64,000 nucleotides of DNA from Podarcis bocagei (Eukaryota), in NCBI GenBank assembly GCA_964188305.1, contig OZ076888.1; one strand, 5' to 3'. Below the pieces are notes generated by a model. It had not been told where the DNA came from and did no database searches. It saw only the letters and a list, made by a program, of their open reading frames with translations. The position numbers and the translations under genes are program-made. This document shows positions 1 to 11,962 of the stretch, one piece after another (position 1 is the stretch's first letter; every line of letters begins with the position of its first letter).

Positions 1-1870
1 AAGACATGTTGAAATTAAAATAGCTTCTTTCTAAGTTTTCTGACTGCAAAACTCTGGATAAATTCATCAAAACTGACTTGATGAAGCACATTCGCTTCCA
101 TAAGCAGTAGGGAAAGGGAATCAATACCTATTTTTCTCTCTCTGAGGGCTTTTTATTCATTTCAGCTGAGGAAAAGCATTATTCACAGCATTCATAACCC
201 GATCTCTTCAGTTGGAAGTACATATTGTATTCAGTCTTTCATTTCTGTGAAAGATCCACGACTGAATTTCATGTTTTCTGTTTCATTAAACTTCGTGACA
301 TATAACAGTAGAACTGCTGTAGTTGCCCACAAAAGGTTCACATTTAAGTCCTGAGGGTATGAGTCCACTAGCTTTTGGGAATCTTGTAAATATCATACAT
401 CAGATAAGTCTGTATTATTTAGAAAATTTAATCCACTTGATACTTCTTCACATACATTTCACTTCACTTCATATTAGCTTCAGGTGTATCAGTTATATCA
501 CAGTAAGTAGATACATGAAATTTGTCTCTAAGATTCAGGTGCTGTTTCTGATGCACTGGTGCATTTGCTTGTTTTTTTCCTGATTTGCTTGCAGGAAGTA
601 GCTGGGCTACTTTGTAGTTAATTTCAGGCAATATGCCCTCAGATCTTTTGAAATCATTCCTCAAAGTGTGCAACTGGTCTGCTAATGATTGACAGGTCTG
701 CACAGGTTTTCAAATCCTTCTTAGTGGTAGCCCCTGTGATTTTGGAAATGTTTTCCTAGGGAGGTTTGGCTGGTGCCAAGCTTATGTGCAAGCTTTGGCA
801 CATTCTTCTAATCTAGTTTATAGTGGGGGGGGGGCTTTCTGACTGCTTTTGTTTTAGGTTATACTTGTTGGTGATTATCATATTATTGCACCACAAACTA
901 GGCCCAAAATAGAAGACCCATGCTCCTTCACACTCCCTCCTTTATAGTCGCTTTTAACCATTTGTCCTTGTTTCTATCTTTTTAAGTTATGTATGATATA
1001 CCTTTTAACTACTAGCTTTTATTCCTTACCTGTTTTAAGTCTTATGTGTTCAGTTTATCCATATGTTTTATCTTATGCTGGTCTGTGGGCCCCATTGCAA
1101 TTCTAAGAGAACGAGGGAGGTATTCATGTTGCGTTCTGGCACCTATTTTTCTAGAAAAATAGCACTGGGTATAAGTTTCCTAAAATACAATACATCATCC
1201 CCAGATCCAGCATAGAGAGGTTCTCTTCTGAAACCAGAAATGCCCAGGCTCAAGCCTGCTTGTCAGTCAGAAACACACTTATGGAAAAGATATGGGTGGG
1301 ACATGGTTGCATAAAGCAGAGGAGGGGAGTGGACATGCTCAAAGCCTCTGTTAAAAGCATGTTCTGGAGACATGTTTTGGTGTGTTGGGTGTCAGCCCTA
1401 ATAAGCCCTGATTCAAATAAAGCTTTGTTCCAGAGGTGGCCATATGCTAGTATGGCTGGAGCCACCCCACATTGCTTTCATTCTCCTTCTGTCTCACACA
1501 TGGACACATTCATTCTCTCTCTCTCTCTCCCCCCCTTACTCAGCCCCACCCCCCCACATGGCAATTATCCCTAAGAGGGAAAAGCTCCCATTTGCATCCA
1601 TGGAAGCTTTCCTCTAAGCCTAATTGCCACATGGGGAGAGCTATTTTCCTCAGGGTGGTAGCTGGGGTAGGTGGAAGACGAGCGAACCCTCCTTGTGTAC
1701 AAAAAATAAATAAATCATTCTGTTCCTTGGGTCTATTCCTAAGTCTCAGTTACGGTTGTTCAACATCCAGATTGCAATTCTGGTTACGTTTTGCCCACCA
1801 CCTATGGGCTTATTGATTTTCCAAGTTCCATTCAAAAATATTTCAGGGTGAATTCTTTATCTCGCCACAG

Positions 1871-2047
1871 GGTTGATGTGGTGAACAAGCGCCTGATTGT
1901 GGAGAGGAGTGGCTCAACTCCATCAGACACGAGCTCTGAGATTGGGAGGCGGAGGATCATTCACCTGTATACCACCTCTGATGACTACTGCTTGGGTTTC
2001 AACATCCGTGGGGGGAAAGAGTATGGCCTTGGTATCTACGTCTCCAA
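1871..2047 (+). CDS. PDZD7: PDZD7 coding exon (first in window; linker and start of PDZ2)
   Basis: cacag acceptor and gtaagt donor; 177 nt. Encodes (W)[59 protein letters not shown], recognisable as PDZD7 with a CLGF carboxylate loop. Upstream exons lie outside the window. Confidence 0.95.
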
Positions 2048-2398
2048 GTAAGTCTTGAGGCTTGTCCACACTTCCACTTGAAAGCATGAGTCTGAGCGGT
2101 TTTCTGCTCACCCAACTCAGTTCTCAGGGAAAATCCACTCTTTAGTGCTCAGTCAGAGCAAACAGAGAAAAATCCCGAATTGCCTTTGTTCTGATTGAGC
2201 ACTAAAGAGCTGTTTGACACTGGAGCTTGCCGCTTTTAACTGTTTTGGAATCTTGATACCACCTTGGCTGAGTACCCACCATACATTTAAAGCACATTGC
2301 TTCCCCCAAAGAATCCTGAGAACTGTAATTTATTCCTAACTGAGCTACAACTCCCAGTACCCTGAACAATCTACAATTTCCAGGATTCTTTGGAAGAA

Positions 2399-2618
2399 TA
2401 AAAAAATTCCTTCCTGTAGCACCTTAAAGACCAACTAAGTTAGTTCTTGGTATAAGCTTTCGTGTGCATGCACACTTCTTCAGATACACCTGTGTATCTG
2501 AAGAAGTGTGCATGCACACGAAAGCTTATACCAAGAACTAACTTAGTTGGTCTTTAAGGTGCTACAGGAAGGAATTTTTTTATTTTGACTATGGCAGACC
2601 AACACGGCTACCCATCTG
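2399..2618. mobile_element. Penelope-like retroelement remnant: inverted pseudo-LTR pair with hammerhead-ribozyme cores
   Basis: Perfect inverted repeat 2397-2489/2492-2584; 12-bp TSD TCTTTGGAAGAA at 2387-2398 and 2619-2630; core CTGAAGA-a-GTGTG-catg-CACAC-GAAA-GCTT. The gtagcaccttaaagac motif is one I recognise from reptile Penelope ends. Confidence 0.8.
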
Positions 2619-3429
2619 TCTTTGGAAGAAGACATCTTTAAATGGATGGTTTGAATGCTGCCTAAGATTAGGTTTACTATCCCTGCATAATACTTAGGAA
2701 CCATTTGTATTAAGAAGCTCCAGCCATAATGATACGATACAATTCTTTGTAGAAATACAGTGGTGCATTGTAGAACTTGTTTTGCTTGCTATCCTTGCTC
2801 ACTCTGCAAGCCGCAGAATAAACTACCAGAGCTAGCTTAAACCTCAATTATGCATGTTTACTTGGGTATAAATCTTATTAAACTTACTGGATCTGTTTAA
2901 TAGGTGCTCTTTAACACCCTTGATCCACATTTTAAATGTAAAATTGGGTTAGGTATATCATGAGAAAAAGGTAGATTTCCCCCCACTCTTTTGGTACAGG
3001 GCTGTGAGTGTAATGGTTATTCAATCTTATTTGAATTTGATACCAAATATAGATCCTTCTTTCAGGTTAATTAATCTAGAGTAAAATGGCCGTATCTTGT
3101 GTCTGTAGTATTATCTTGTGTCTGTGTAGCATTTGTATGCGACTGTAGCAGCCCTATTGCCTCTTGTATTTAGACTTTTTCAATCAAGTTTGTTCAGTCC
3201 CAAATGCATGCAGCCTCAGAGAAGCCACAGCTGATGTCACCTTCTGTAGCATGACCACATCATTAGATTTGATCCATGGCTTTCTATGAACTGGGGACAA
3301 ATAATCTTCAGCTCTGAATACGTTTACGGGGCTTATGCCAATCTTCCGCAATTAGTTTAAAAGCTGGGTCATTTCAATAATTTACTGAGCCATTGGTGAA
3401 TTTATTAGAAGGAGTCGCTCACATCCTGG

Positions 3430-3976
3430 CTGTTACCTCCAATCTAATCCCCGGATTTGCAAATCTTTCCCCGGACAAATTCCGTCCCCGGAATGTCCCC
3501 AGATTTGTAAATTTGTCCCCGGGAAACGTGGCAGCGGCAGCCTCAGCAGCCCGGAGCCAGCCTGTTAGCAGGCGGGTGGCCATTTCACAGGAGGGGCGCA
3601 AGGCGCGCGGTTTCACTGCCGGGCAAGGTGCAAAGCCCTTCTTTCGCACCCTGTGAAACATAAATGCGCAGACTTTTTAAAATACTGGGCAATGGCGCAT
3701 CGCACACCCATGACTCCCTCGATCTCCTACCCCCTTCCCCCTTTGTTTTGACAGATGGGGGGAGGCTGGGGAGCCACATGCGGGCAGCCATTGCCCAGTT
3801 TTTTAAAAACTCTGCGCACTTATGTTTCTCAGGGTGTGAAAGAAGGGCTTTGCACCTTTATACAATATGCATGTGTGCTTGGGCCCAGGGTCTTTTGCCT
3901 CACCGTTGCTACTCAGCTTCCAAAAAAAAAAAAAATAAGGGTCCCCGGATTCATTGAGAAAGATCTGGTAACCATA
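3430..3976. mobile_element. Non-autonomous DNA transposon (hAT-like), left end unclear
   Basis: Repeated tccccgg subterminal motifs, a tctggtaaccata end, and an internal ~70-bp inverted repeat (~3625-3696/3788-3858). Confidence 0.55.
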
Positions 3977-4328
3977 ATCTAAAGAGAAGGTAAAAAAGGC
4001 TCTTCTGTTTTCAGAATCCATTCTTAACACCTCAATCTCCTTTGAGAGCCATGAGGGAAAGTGCCTTAGCGGGACATGCCTTCCAGCTATGCTAGGAGGA
4101 CCCAGAGTTGTTGCACCACCCGTATTGTCATAGAATCCTGGGACTGGAGAGTTGGAAAGACCCAAAGGGCCATTAGGCCCAACCCTCTGACAGCCTCCCC
4201 CTCTCTGTTGACCAAGAACATGTTCAAGTTCCCCTTGTCCTGTTCACTTGATCTGGAATGCCTTGTATACCTGCCCAAAGCCTCACTGTTCCCATTCAAG
4301 AATAACCCTAATGTCGTATCGTTCCCAG

Positions 4329-4476
4329 AGTGGATCCCGGCGGGCTTGCTGAGCTTCATGGGGTCAAGGTCGGCGACCAAGTCCTTGCAGCCAACGGAGT
4401 CAAGTTTGACGACATCAGCCATAGCAAGGCAGTGGAAGTGCTAAAGGGGCAGACCCACATCATGCTGACCATCAAG
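4329..4476 (+). CDS. PDZD7: PDZD7 coding exon (PDZ2 second half)
   Basis: cccag/gtgagg; 148 nt; [49 protein letters not shown]; phase matches the previous exon. Confidence 0.95.
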
Positions 4477-4803
4477 GTGAGGCCTGTGCCTTGCCAAGTG
4501 CTGGGCCAAGATTGGGATAGGAAGGGGTGTTACTCTATGGGAAGATGACCCAGTGGTCCCATTACTATGGGAGGTTAGGGCCATGAGACGAGGCACCAAT
4601 ATCCTGATTGCTGGGTGTTGTCAGAGTTCTCACCAGTTCCCATAGTCAGCTTCCTATAGGTGTAATCTCTTTCTCTACCTAGCCAGACATAGGATACATC
4701 CTTTCTATGGCTGAGCAGAGAGCGTGACACCCTGGCCTAGGAAAATGGCACTTTATAAATAAGTAGGCTACAAAGGGCCAGGAGCAAAGACTACTATTTT
4801 GAT

Positions 4804-5149
4804 AAAGGGCTGATCCACATTTTTGCTTGACCCTTATTTTTGATCATATTGTGTACCGATTAATTCCCCAGAGTTTGAGAGCTTTTCTCGTTGTTCTGCA
4901 GCTGTCCCTAGCAAAAATCCGATCTTACCCACTGAACTGAAGCTCAGTTAAGCAAAATCTCTCTTCGGATTTTCCGCACATCTAATGAGATCTGATTCAG
5001 TGGGTGAGATTTTTACAAGACACGGCTACAAAACAAAGAGGAAAGCTCTTGAATCAGGGCGAATTAACTGGTATAAAATACAATCAAAATACCGGCCAAG
5101 TGGAAAGAAAGTAAAAAATACGGGTCAAGCGAAAGTGTTAATGAGCCCT
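4804..5149. mobile_element. Old palindromic MITE
   Basis: Degenerate inverted ends aagggct...gcttgaccc / gggtcaagc...agccctt. Related sequence at ~2058-2210. Confidence 0.5.
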
Positions 5150-5510
5150 TAGGAAGTGGTAGCTGCTAGAGGTGGAAAGCAGAAGCCCTCCATTTCTGCT
5201 CAATGTGCCCCGAAAAAGAGACCATGCCCTCTAAGAAGTTGCTTGCCAAAGCAGCAGCACTGAACTCTCTTTCTTGCTGCCTTCTGTGACGCCCAGCAAC
5301 TCCCTCCCCAAGACGCTGTGGGACCCAGACTCTTGAGACTTAGCAGATTCAGTTTCAGCTGGGAAGGGACCTGGCAGTGGGGGATGCATTATTTATCAAA
5401 GTGTCTCTCCGCCTGGGATCGGGTTAGCCTCTGAAGACACCGCTCAGTGCTGGGCAGGCAGCAAATGATCTCATGACGTGTTGTGTCTCTCTTCTGTGCT
5501 TTCCATCTAG

Positions 5511-5571
5511 GAGACGGGGAGGTTCCCTGCATACAAGGAAATGGTGGCTGAGTATTGCTGGCTCAACAGAT
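5511..5571 (+). CDS. PDZD7: PDZD7 coding exon
   Basis: Polypyrimidine tract and tctag acceptor, gtaaga donor; 61 nt; [20 protein letters not shown]. Confidence 0.93.
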
Positions 5572-5962
5572 GTAAGACACAAATGCACATTTTCTGTCTA
5601 CGTTAATATGCTGGATGTTGCTTTGCTAAGGGTGAATAAGGAATGCCAGAGCATCCTGCAAGCAAATTGCTTTCCCTCCTTGCATTTCAGAAAACAATCC
5701 TCCTTCCTCCCTCACCCTTGTGTTTGGGCTGTTTGCAAAGAATGCAGTGTCATCAAAAGACAAAACATGCAGAAAGAATAGCCCAGGAGTGGGTGCTGTG
5801 TTGCACAGACCATTGTTGATGGAGCTCAAATTCTCTCCTCCCAGTTGGCATTTCCACCCTTAAGGACATGCTTGTAAAAGCATAGATCTATGAGTCTGTT
5901 GCACGAAGAAAGAAAACAGCAGTTCAGAGGAGCATAGGAAGCTGCTTAATACTGAGTCGGTA

Positions 5963-6442
5963 CAGTGGTACCTTGGTTCTCAAACTTGATCCGTTCCACA
6001 AGTCCGTTCCAAAACCAAAGTGTTCCAAAAGCAAGGCGTGCTTTCCCATAGAAAGTAATGCAAAATGGATTAATCCATTCCAGACTTTTAAAAACAACTC
6101 CTAAAACAGCAGTTTAACATGAATTTTACTGTCTAATGAGACCACTGATCCATAAAATGAAAGCAATAAACAATGTACTGCAGTCACACAATCTATCAAT
6201 CAGTAGCTGAACGGGGTTCCACATGGTCACAAAAACAAAAAAGAGCTGCAAAAACAAAAACGCAAAATAAATAGCAAAAACAGACAGACCTCAATGTAAC
6301 ACTCAAAACGAAAGTGTGGCACTCAAATCGGAGCATGTTCGGCTTCTGAAAACAGTTTGCAAACCAGAACACTTCCTGGTTTGCAGTGTTTGGGTTCCAA
6401 GTTGTTTGAGTACCAAGGTGTTTGAGAACCAAGGTACCACTG
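5963..6442. mobile_element. Tc1/mariner (Tigger/pogo-like) MITE
   Basis: TIR CAGTGGTACCTTGGTTCTCAAA with a perfect complement at the right end; TA on the left flank. It interrupts a SINE-like repeat. Confidence 0.8.
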
Positions 6443-6674
6443 TCCACCTAACTCAGTATCAGGTGGGTATCCATGGCACACTCATAATCTCATTCCACGC
6501 AGCAATAATAATATCAGTGCTTGAACTATCTGACACAACAATGGGGTTGTTGTTTTTCCACAGATACAAAGTTGTAGCACATTCCTTGCTGTGGAAATGC
6601 AATATTCCCACAACAAAAGCAATGCAAGTCATTTGGCCTGTGTTCAAAAATGGGTAGCTTCTGTGCATTTATTG

Positions 6675-6894
6675 AATCATAGAATCATAGAATCATAGAA
6701 TCATAGAGTTGGAAGAGACCACAAGGGCCATCGAGTCCAACCCCCTGCCAAGCAGGAAACACCATCAGAGCACTCCTGACATATGGTTGTCAAGCCTCTG
6801 CTTAAAGACCTCCAAAGTAGGAGACTCCACCACACTCCTTGGCAGCAAATTCCACTGTCGAACAGCTCTTACTGTCAGGAAGTTCTTCCTAATG
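6675..6894 (-). mobile_element. CR1 LINE 3' end
   Basis: (GAATCATA)x4 tail; - strand translation RKNFLTVRAVRQWNLLPRSVVESPTLEVFKQRLD is the CR1 ORF2 C-terminus. Confidence 0.9.
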
Positions 6895-6951
6895 TCAAAA
6901 CAGGAAAGACTCCTATAATGCTCATTTCTCTCTCTCTCTCTCTCCACACAG

Positions 6952-7422
6952 TGACCAATGGCCAGTTGCAGGAGCTGTCCCAGACCTCAGAATCCAGCTC
7001 CTCTGCATCATCCTACTCCTCAGGGACCCCCTTTAGCTCCATGAATGGCCTGTTCATGGCCCCGATCCCCAGCTCAGCAGCACAAAGTTGCATGGTGGAT
7101 GTTGGCATCTCTGCTGAACTGCCAGTCCAGAGACACACCTTGGAGAGAGCAGAGACCGCCATGCAGACTGATCCGCTGTCGGACGGTGCCTCCTATTCAG
7201 GGAGTCTGGTGATGGAGACCCGACGGGTTGTGGAGCCCTTAAAGATCCTGAAAGACACTGCCATCCGCACCGAGAGCCTCAAAGAGTCCTTCCGCTTGAA
7301 GAAGCACCGGCCCTTTGCCAGCAGAGAGACAACAGACCCCTCCCCTAAAACTGCCCTCCTTCTGGCACTCAGCCATCCACGACAGCCCATCAAGAGATCG
7401 CAGAGCTATCTGACCATTTATG
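6952..7422 (+). CDS. PDZD7: PDZD7 coding exon (Ser-rich linker)
   Basis: (CT)n-cacag acceptor, gtaggt donor; 471 nt, phase 1/1; LTNGQLQELSQTSESSSS...RAETAMQTD...SPKTALLLALSHPRQPIKRSQSYLTIY. Confidence 0.92.
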
Positions 7423-7596
7423 GTAGGTGCCATGGGATCGTTATTCTTACCATTCTTACCATGGTTGATGGAAACTGCAACAGGATTCCAGGCACTGCAT
7501 TCCAGTCACCCTCCCCATGTCCCGTTTCCCCCCAGGAAGCATTCCACGCACACTGAGCATGCTCAGTCTTTATTGGGCTGCTGGGGTGATGGGGGA

Positions 7597-7743
7597 CAGT
7601 GGCGTAGCGTGGGGGGTGCAGGGGGGCCCGGCCGCACCGGGCGCAACATCTGGGGGTTAGGGTTAGGGGGCGCAAATCCATGGGTTAGGGGGCGCAAATT
7701 ACTTGCCTTGCCCCGGGTGCTGACAACCCACGCTACGCCACTG
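7597..7743. mobile_element. hAT-type MITE containing TTAGGG units, copy 1
   Basis: 17-bp TIR CAGTGGCGTAGCGTGGG; 8-bp TSD ATGGGGGA. Confidence 0.9.
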
Positions 7744-8473
7744 ATGGGGGAACCTTTCTGTTTTGACTACATAAATACTGAGAGAATTGAGATTGCTGCT
7801 GCTGTTATCATCATTATCATTATAGCAATAATGTAGTGTAAATCAGGAGGGTTTACATTTCCCTCCCCCCCCCTTCATTCTACATTAATGCAACATTATT
7901 TTGCTGTCAAATATTAAATGTGGACCCAGGAAATAATTTTCTGGAGGAAGAAGGAGAGAGGGATTAAGCAAAGAGAAGAGGATTGGTCAAATTCATGGAA
8001 GATAAGTCTATCAATGGCTACTAGCCATGGTTGTGTTCTACCTCCACTGTCAGAGACATTACACCTCTGAATATCAGCTGCTGGGAATCGCTGGTGGGCA
8101 GAGTGCTATTGCGCTCCTGTCCAGCTTGCAGCCTATTCACAGGGATTTGATTGACCACTTCTCTACTAGGGAGTTCTGAAAATGTACCTTATTGCTAAAC
8201 AGTCCTGGTCCTTAATATGTAGGCAGAGAGGAGAAAATCCCATGGCACATCTGAAAGACACTGGTCTGTGCATTTTGTTCCATCATGCAGAAGGTTTCTG
8301 GCCCACATTTAACAGGCAGAGTCAGAAAGTTACATAATCAGATACCTTTCCTTCTCCTTCTTAAAATGGTACCCACAATACACTGTCAATGGGGCTGGAG
8401 TGGGGAAGGATCAGATTTTGGGTTATCCCACTGCTATGATCTTCAGGTATGACTTTTTGGATTCTTGCCCCAG

Positions 8474-8659
8474 AGGAGAAACGCCAGAGGAAGAAAGAGA
8501 AGCCGGTCTCCTCGGAGAAGAAGGCCACGCTCCAGCGCTCCAAAACCCTCATGAACCTGTTCTTTAAAAGCACCCGGACAGGGAAGCCAAGCTCAGCAGC
8601 TGGGTCACCAGAGACACAGAGGCGGTCCAAATCCCCAGCGCGGTCTGATGGCGAGAAAG
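8474..8659 (+). CDS. PDZD7: PDZD7 coding exon
   Basis: cccag/gtaata; 186 nt; [10 protein letters not shown]...[15 protein letters not shown]...[11 protein letters not shown]. Confidence 0.92.
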
Positions 8660-10420
8660 GTAATAAAAAGATGTTCTGTTTCTAGCATCCTCCAGAGAGC
8701 ACAGCACTCTGGCTCTTGAATCTGGTCCTGCTTCATTGTAAACTTGCGCATGGCAGCAAGGTCCACTGAGATTTTTGGTGGGGAGAAGAGAACCTTTCAC
8801 TACAAGGCTTTCCCCCTTTATTGGGCAGGGACAGAAACAGGGAGAATAATAGATTGTCAAGTGTGTGAGCGTTTCCCCTCACAGAGGTAAAATTCCCAGT
8901 GACCCTTAACAAACTACAATGCTCAGAAAGGGCAAGAGTGTGTTTTGAATGTGCTTTAAAGCTTACAGTGTGTACACAGCCTGAATGTGATTGCCAGCCA
9001 GCAGGCAGCGGAACCAATCACCATTCCTATTTATATCAACAGCTGAGCTGGAGAATTTCTGTTCCTTTCTAGGCTGTCCATTTGTCTCCGCAAACCATGA
9101 CCAAAAGAGAAGTCCCCAGGATTTGGCCTAGCCAAGATTAGGGGCCTATTTTACCAGATGGACATAGACTGGGTTGTTGGTTCATTTACTACAGCACTGA
9201 GAAACAGCATCTTCCATTCTGTGCTAAGGGCTTTTCCATTTGGCCTTTCATCCTTTCTACTGGTTGGGAGGTTCTTGCCCCGAGCAACAAGGGGGCACAA
9301 CGGAAGTGCATTTGCCAAATGCTGATGCTTTGACCTGAAGCAGCTAGAGCAGGAGTCTGTCTACAGGCAGGAAGATGGCCAGAGTCAGTCTGTGGGGCAC
9401 AAGAATCCTCTGGAGGTCACATTTGGCAGAACAAGTTGTCATAACCCTTGCTTCAGCATTTCATCACTAAACTGGTAGTGTCAGGAAAAGTCTCTGGGAA
9501 ACATGGGGAAATGTGGCACAGAGAATTGTACTGTATACTGGCCTGTCTCCCTATGTCAGAGGGGAGGAGCCTCAGGCCCAGGAGCCAAATGTGGCCCCTT
9601 CTCCAGATCTCTCTCTCTCTCTCTCTGGCCTCCGAAACTCTGCTCAGGTCCTGCTCCATGCTCTTGTCTAGTTATTTTACCTGGCTGGGCTGGGTCTCTG
9701 AAGTGCAATAATACACTTTGGCCACACTCACCACTGGTATGTGGGCTCTGGAAGTTTTGACCATGAGGGAATATGGTCTTCTTCAGGCATCTTTTCTGTG
9801 ATTAATTGTGCTCATGATGCTATTGGGGCAGTCATACACCCTTCTGCTTTTGCTGCTGTTTGCACTTGCAAAGGTCCAAGGCGTGCATACTGCTTTGTGC
9901 AGTCAGTGCACATTCTGTAACTCGCTGCTGAAATCCTGTAACTTTTCACACCACAAATGTTTGGAGTGGGGGGGGCATCACTTCACTCATGTTGCACTAG
10001 ACACAAATGTGCCCCTCCATATGGTAAGAATGCACTAACATTGGGGAAACATTGCAGAACAGCTAAGAAAGCAGAAAGATGTGTGGATGGTCTGGTATAA
10101 ACCCAACACTAATGCACAATTATTCCACCATGACTGGTTGAAGAACACACACATAAAACAATCCGTAAGGGCCAGTAGGTGGTATAGACAGCATTGTCTG
10201 CACTGGGACAGCAGACTGTCAGACTTGCACAAATTGTGGGGGGGAAACACTTCTCCAAAAGGCAGAATGGCAGTACAGTTTTCCTTTTCTCCCTTTTCAT
10301 CAGACAGAGCAGAGACCAGTCCAAAATGGCCACCGCTTTCCTCCAAATTTCCCTTCTCCACTACAGATTCCAAACTATTTGTCTTTGCTCTCTCTTCCCA
10401 TCTCGCCCTCTTGCCTGCAG

Positions 10421-10462
10421 TTAGCGTCGTACAGAAGATTGTCACCCGCACTCTGAGACGGG
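10421..10462 (+). CDS. PDZD7: PDZD7 42-nt symmetric coding exon
   Basis: Long pyrimidine tract and tgcag acceptor, gtaact donor; phase 1/1; VSVVQKIVTRTLRR resembles the VQKFVTWRLRR segment I recall from mammalian PDZD7. Confidence 0.8.
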
Positions 10463-10842
10463 GTAACTGAGCAGGAAGGCATGCTGTGCCTTGGCCAACA
10501 AGCATGTAGCTTCGCGTGAGCATGCCTTTGGAAACCCGTGTGTGTGTGTGTTTTTGTGTTGATATCAATTGCCACTTCTTCACGCCTTTCCTTTCTCAGC
10601 TGCGAATGTACAACACCTGAACATCCCACATCCAAATCCAGCACCCTAACCATCTTCATCTACACTGGGGTGCTTGTGGGTACAGAATAACTTGCATGTG
10701 CAATGCCAGTAGTTACCCACAGACATAAGATTTCAAGTGCATGCTTACATTTCAGGCTTGTGGTTCCAAGTGGCTAATGGCCTCATGCTTTGTTGTTCCC
10801 GGATTATGTTTTTGCACTGACTTTCTGTGGTGCCCCTCCCAG

Positions 10843-11000
10843 AAAAAGGCCGCCTTTTCCCCTCCTTGGGCTCCTCTCCCCAGTACAATGGCACAGAGCG
10901 CAGCAGAGTCACCGAGAGCCACCTGCTGCTTATTGAAGACATGGCCAGGAAGCTGCTGATGGAGGATGAAGTGGCAGCTGTGCTGAGACACTGCACCCGG
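10843..11000 (+). CDS. PDZD7: PDZD7 coding exon (start of harmonin-N-like domain)
   Basis: cccag/gtaagg; 158 nt; EKGRLFPSLG...LLIEDMARKLLMEDEVAAVLRHCTR. Confidence 0.92.
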
Positions 11001-11962
11001 GTAAGGATGGAGGACAGCTGCCATGTGTGCCATGGTGCCTGAATGGGCCGATCTCTCCCTTGATTGTGAAATGTCTTGCAACAACTTATGCTCTATAGTT
11101 GCCTCACTCTGCCTTCAGTTATGTTTGTACCTCTCTTCCGTAAGGCTGTGCTTTAAAGCATCCCATTTGTCCTGTTGCTGACAGGCTTCCCAGAAGTACC
11201 AGGCTGGTGACTACTGTGCCAAACAGGACGATTAACAGGATGGTCCAACATGAGGCTCTTGCGTTTTGTCTCACTCTGGCACATGGTTTGGCAGGCTTTG
11301 CATTCATTTAACTAAGAGCCTCTCATTTTGCTTTACGTGTCATGGCTTCCCCACCAAAGAATCCTGAGATTTGTGATGTGTTGAAAATCTTCAAACAGTT
11401 CTTGGCTCCCTTAACAAACTACAGTTCCCAGGACTCTTGTTGCGGGGGGGGGGGGGGAGAGACACGACTCTTAAAGTGGAGTAAGAGTGTTTGTGGCCAC
11501 AGTTGGTTTGCTTGCTTTTATTTGGAGCCTATTTTGTACAGGCTAAGGGTGAAAATCTGGTAGGACAAAGCAGGCATTGGTATGTCTGGCAATCCAACCT
11601 TCACTGCAGCTTTGAAGGTCTTACATACCCTCCAACGCATCAAAGGCAAAAACCTGGATGCCATCTTCCCATTTTTTCTCACCAGAGGATAGTGGCCATT
11701 TTTGGTGCTTTGATCTTGCACCATTTTGCACTGCAATCCCCCCCCAAAAAAACCCAGTGCTTTTTGGGCATGGGTGCCATGCAAGATGGGAGAGGTCGCT
11801 GTGCATAATTGCGCGAGGTCACAGCACCCAAAAAGGCCAGTGTCCTCTTGTGAGAAAAAGTGTGATGTCCTGGTTTTTCTGGGACACTTGCAGGGTATGG
11901 AATGTTTGCCCTCACCAGTTTGGTACCTCCCACTTCTCACCATTCCTGTTGACCTTTGATGT

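Noticed and set aside
1-1870. Upstream PDZD7 exons (PDZ1)
   Set aside because: No PDZ1-like peptide found in this intronic stretch; those exons must be outside the window.
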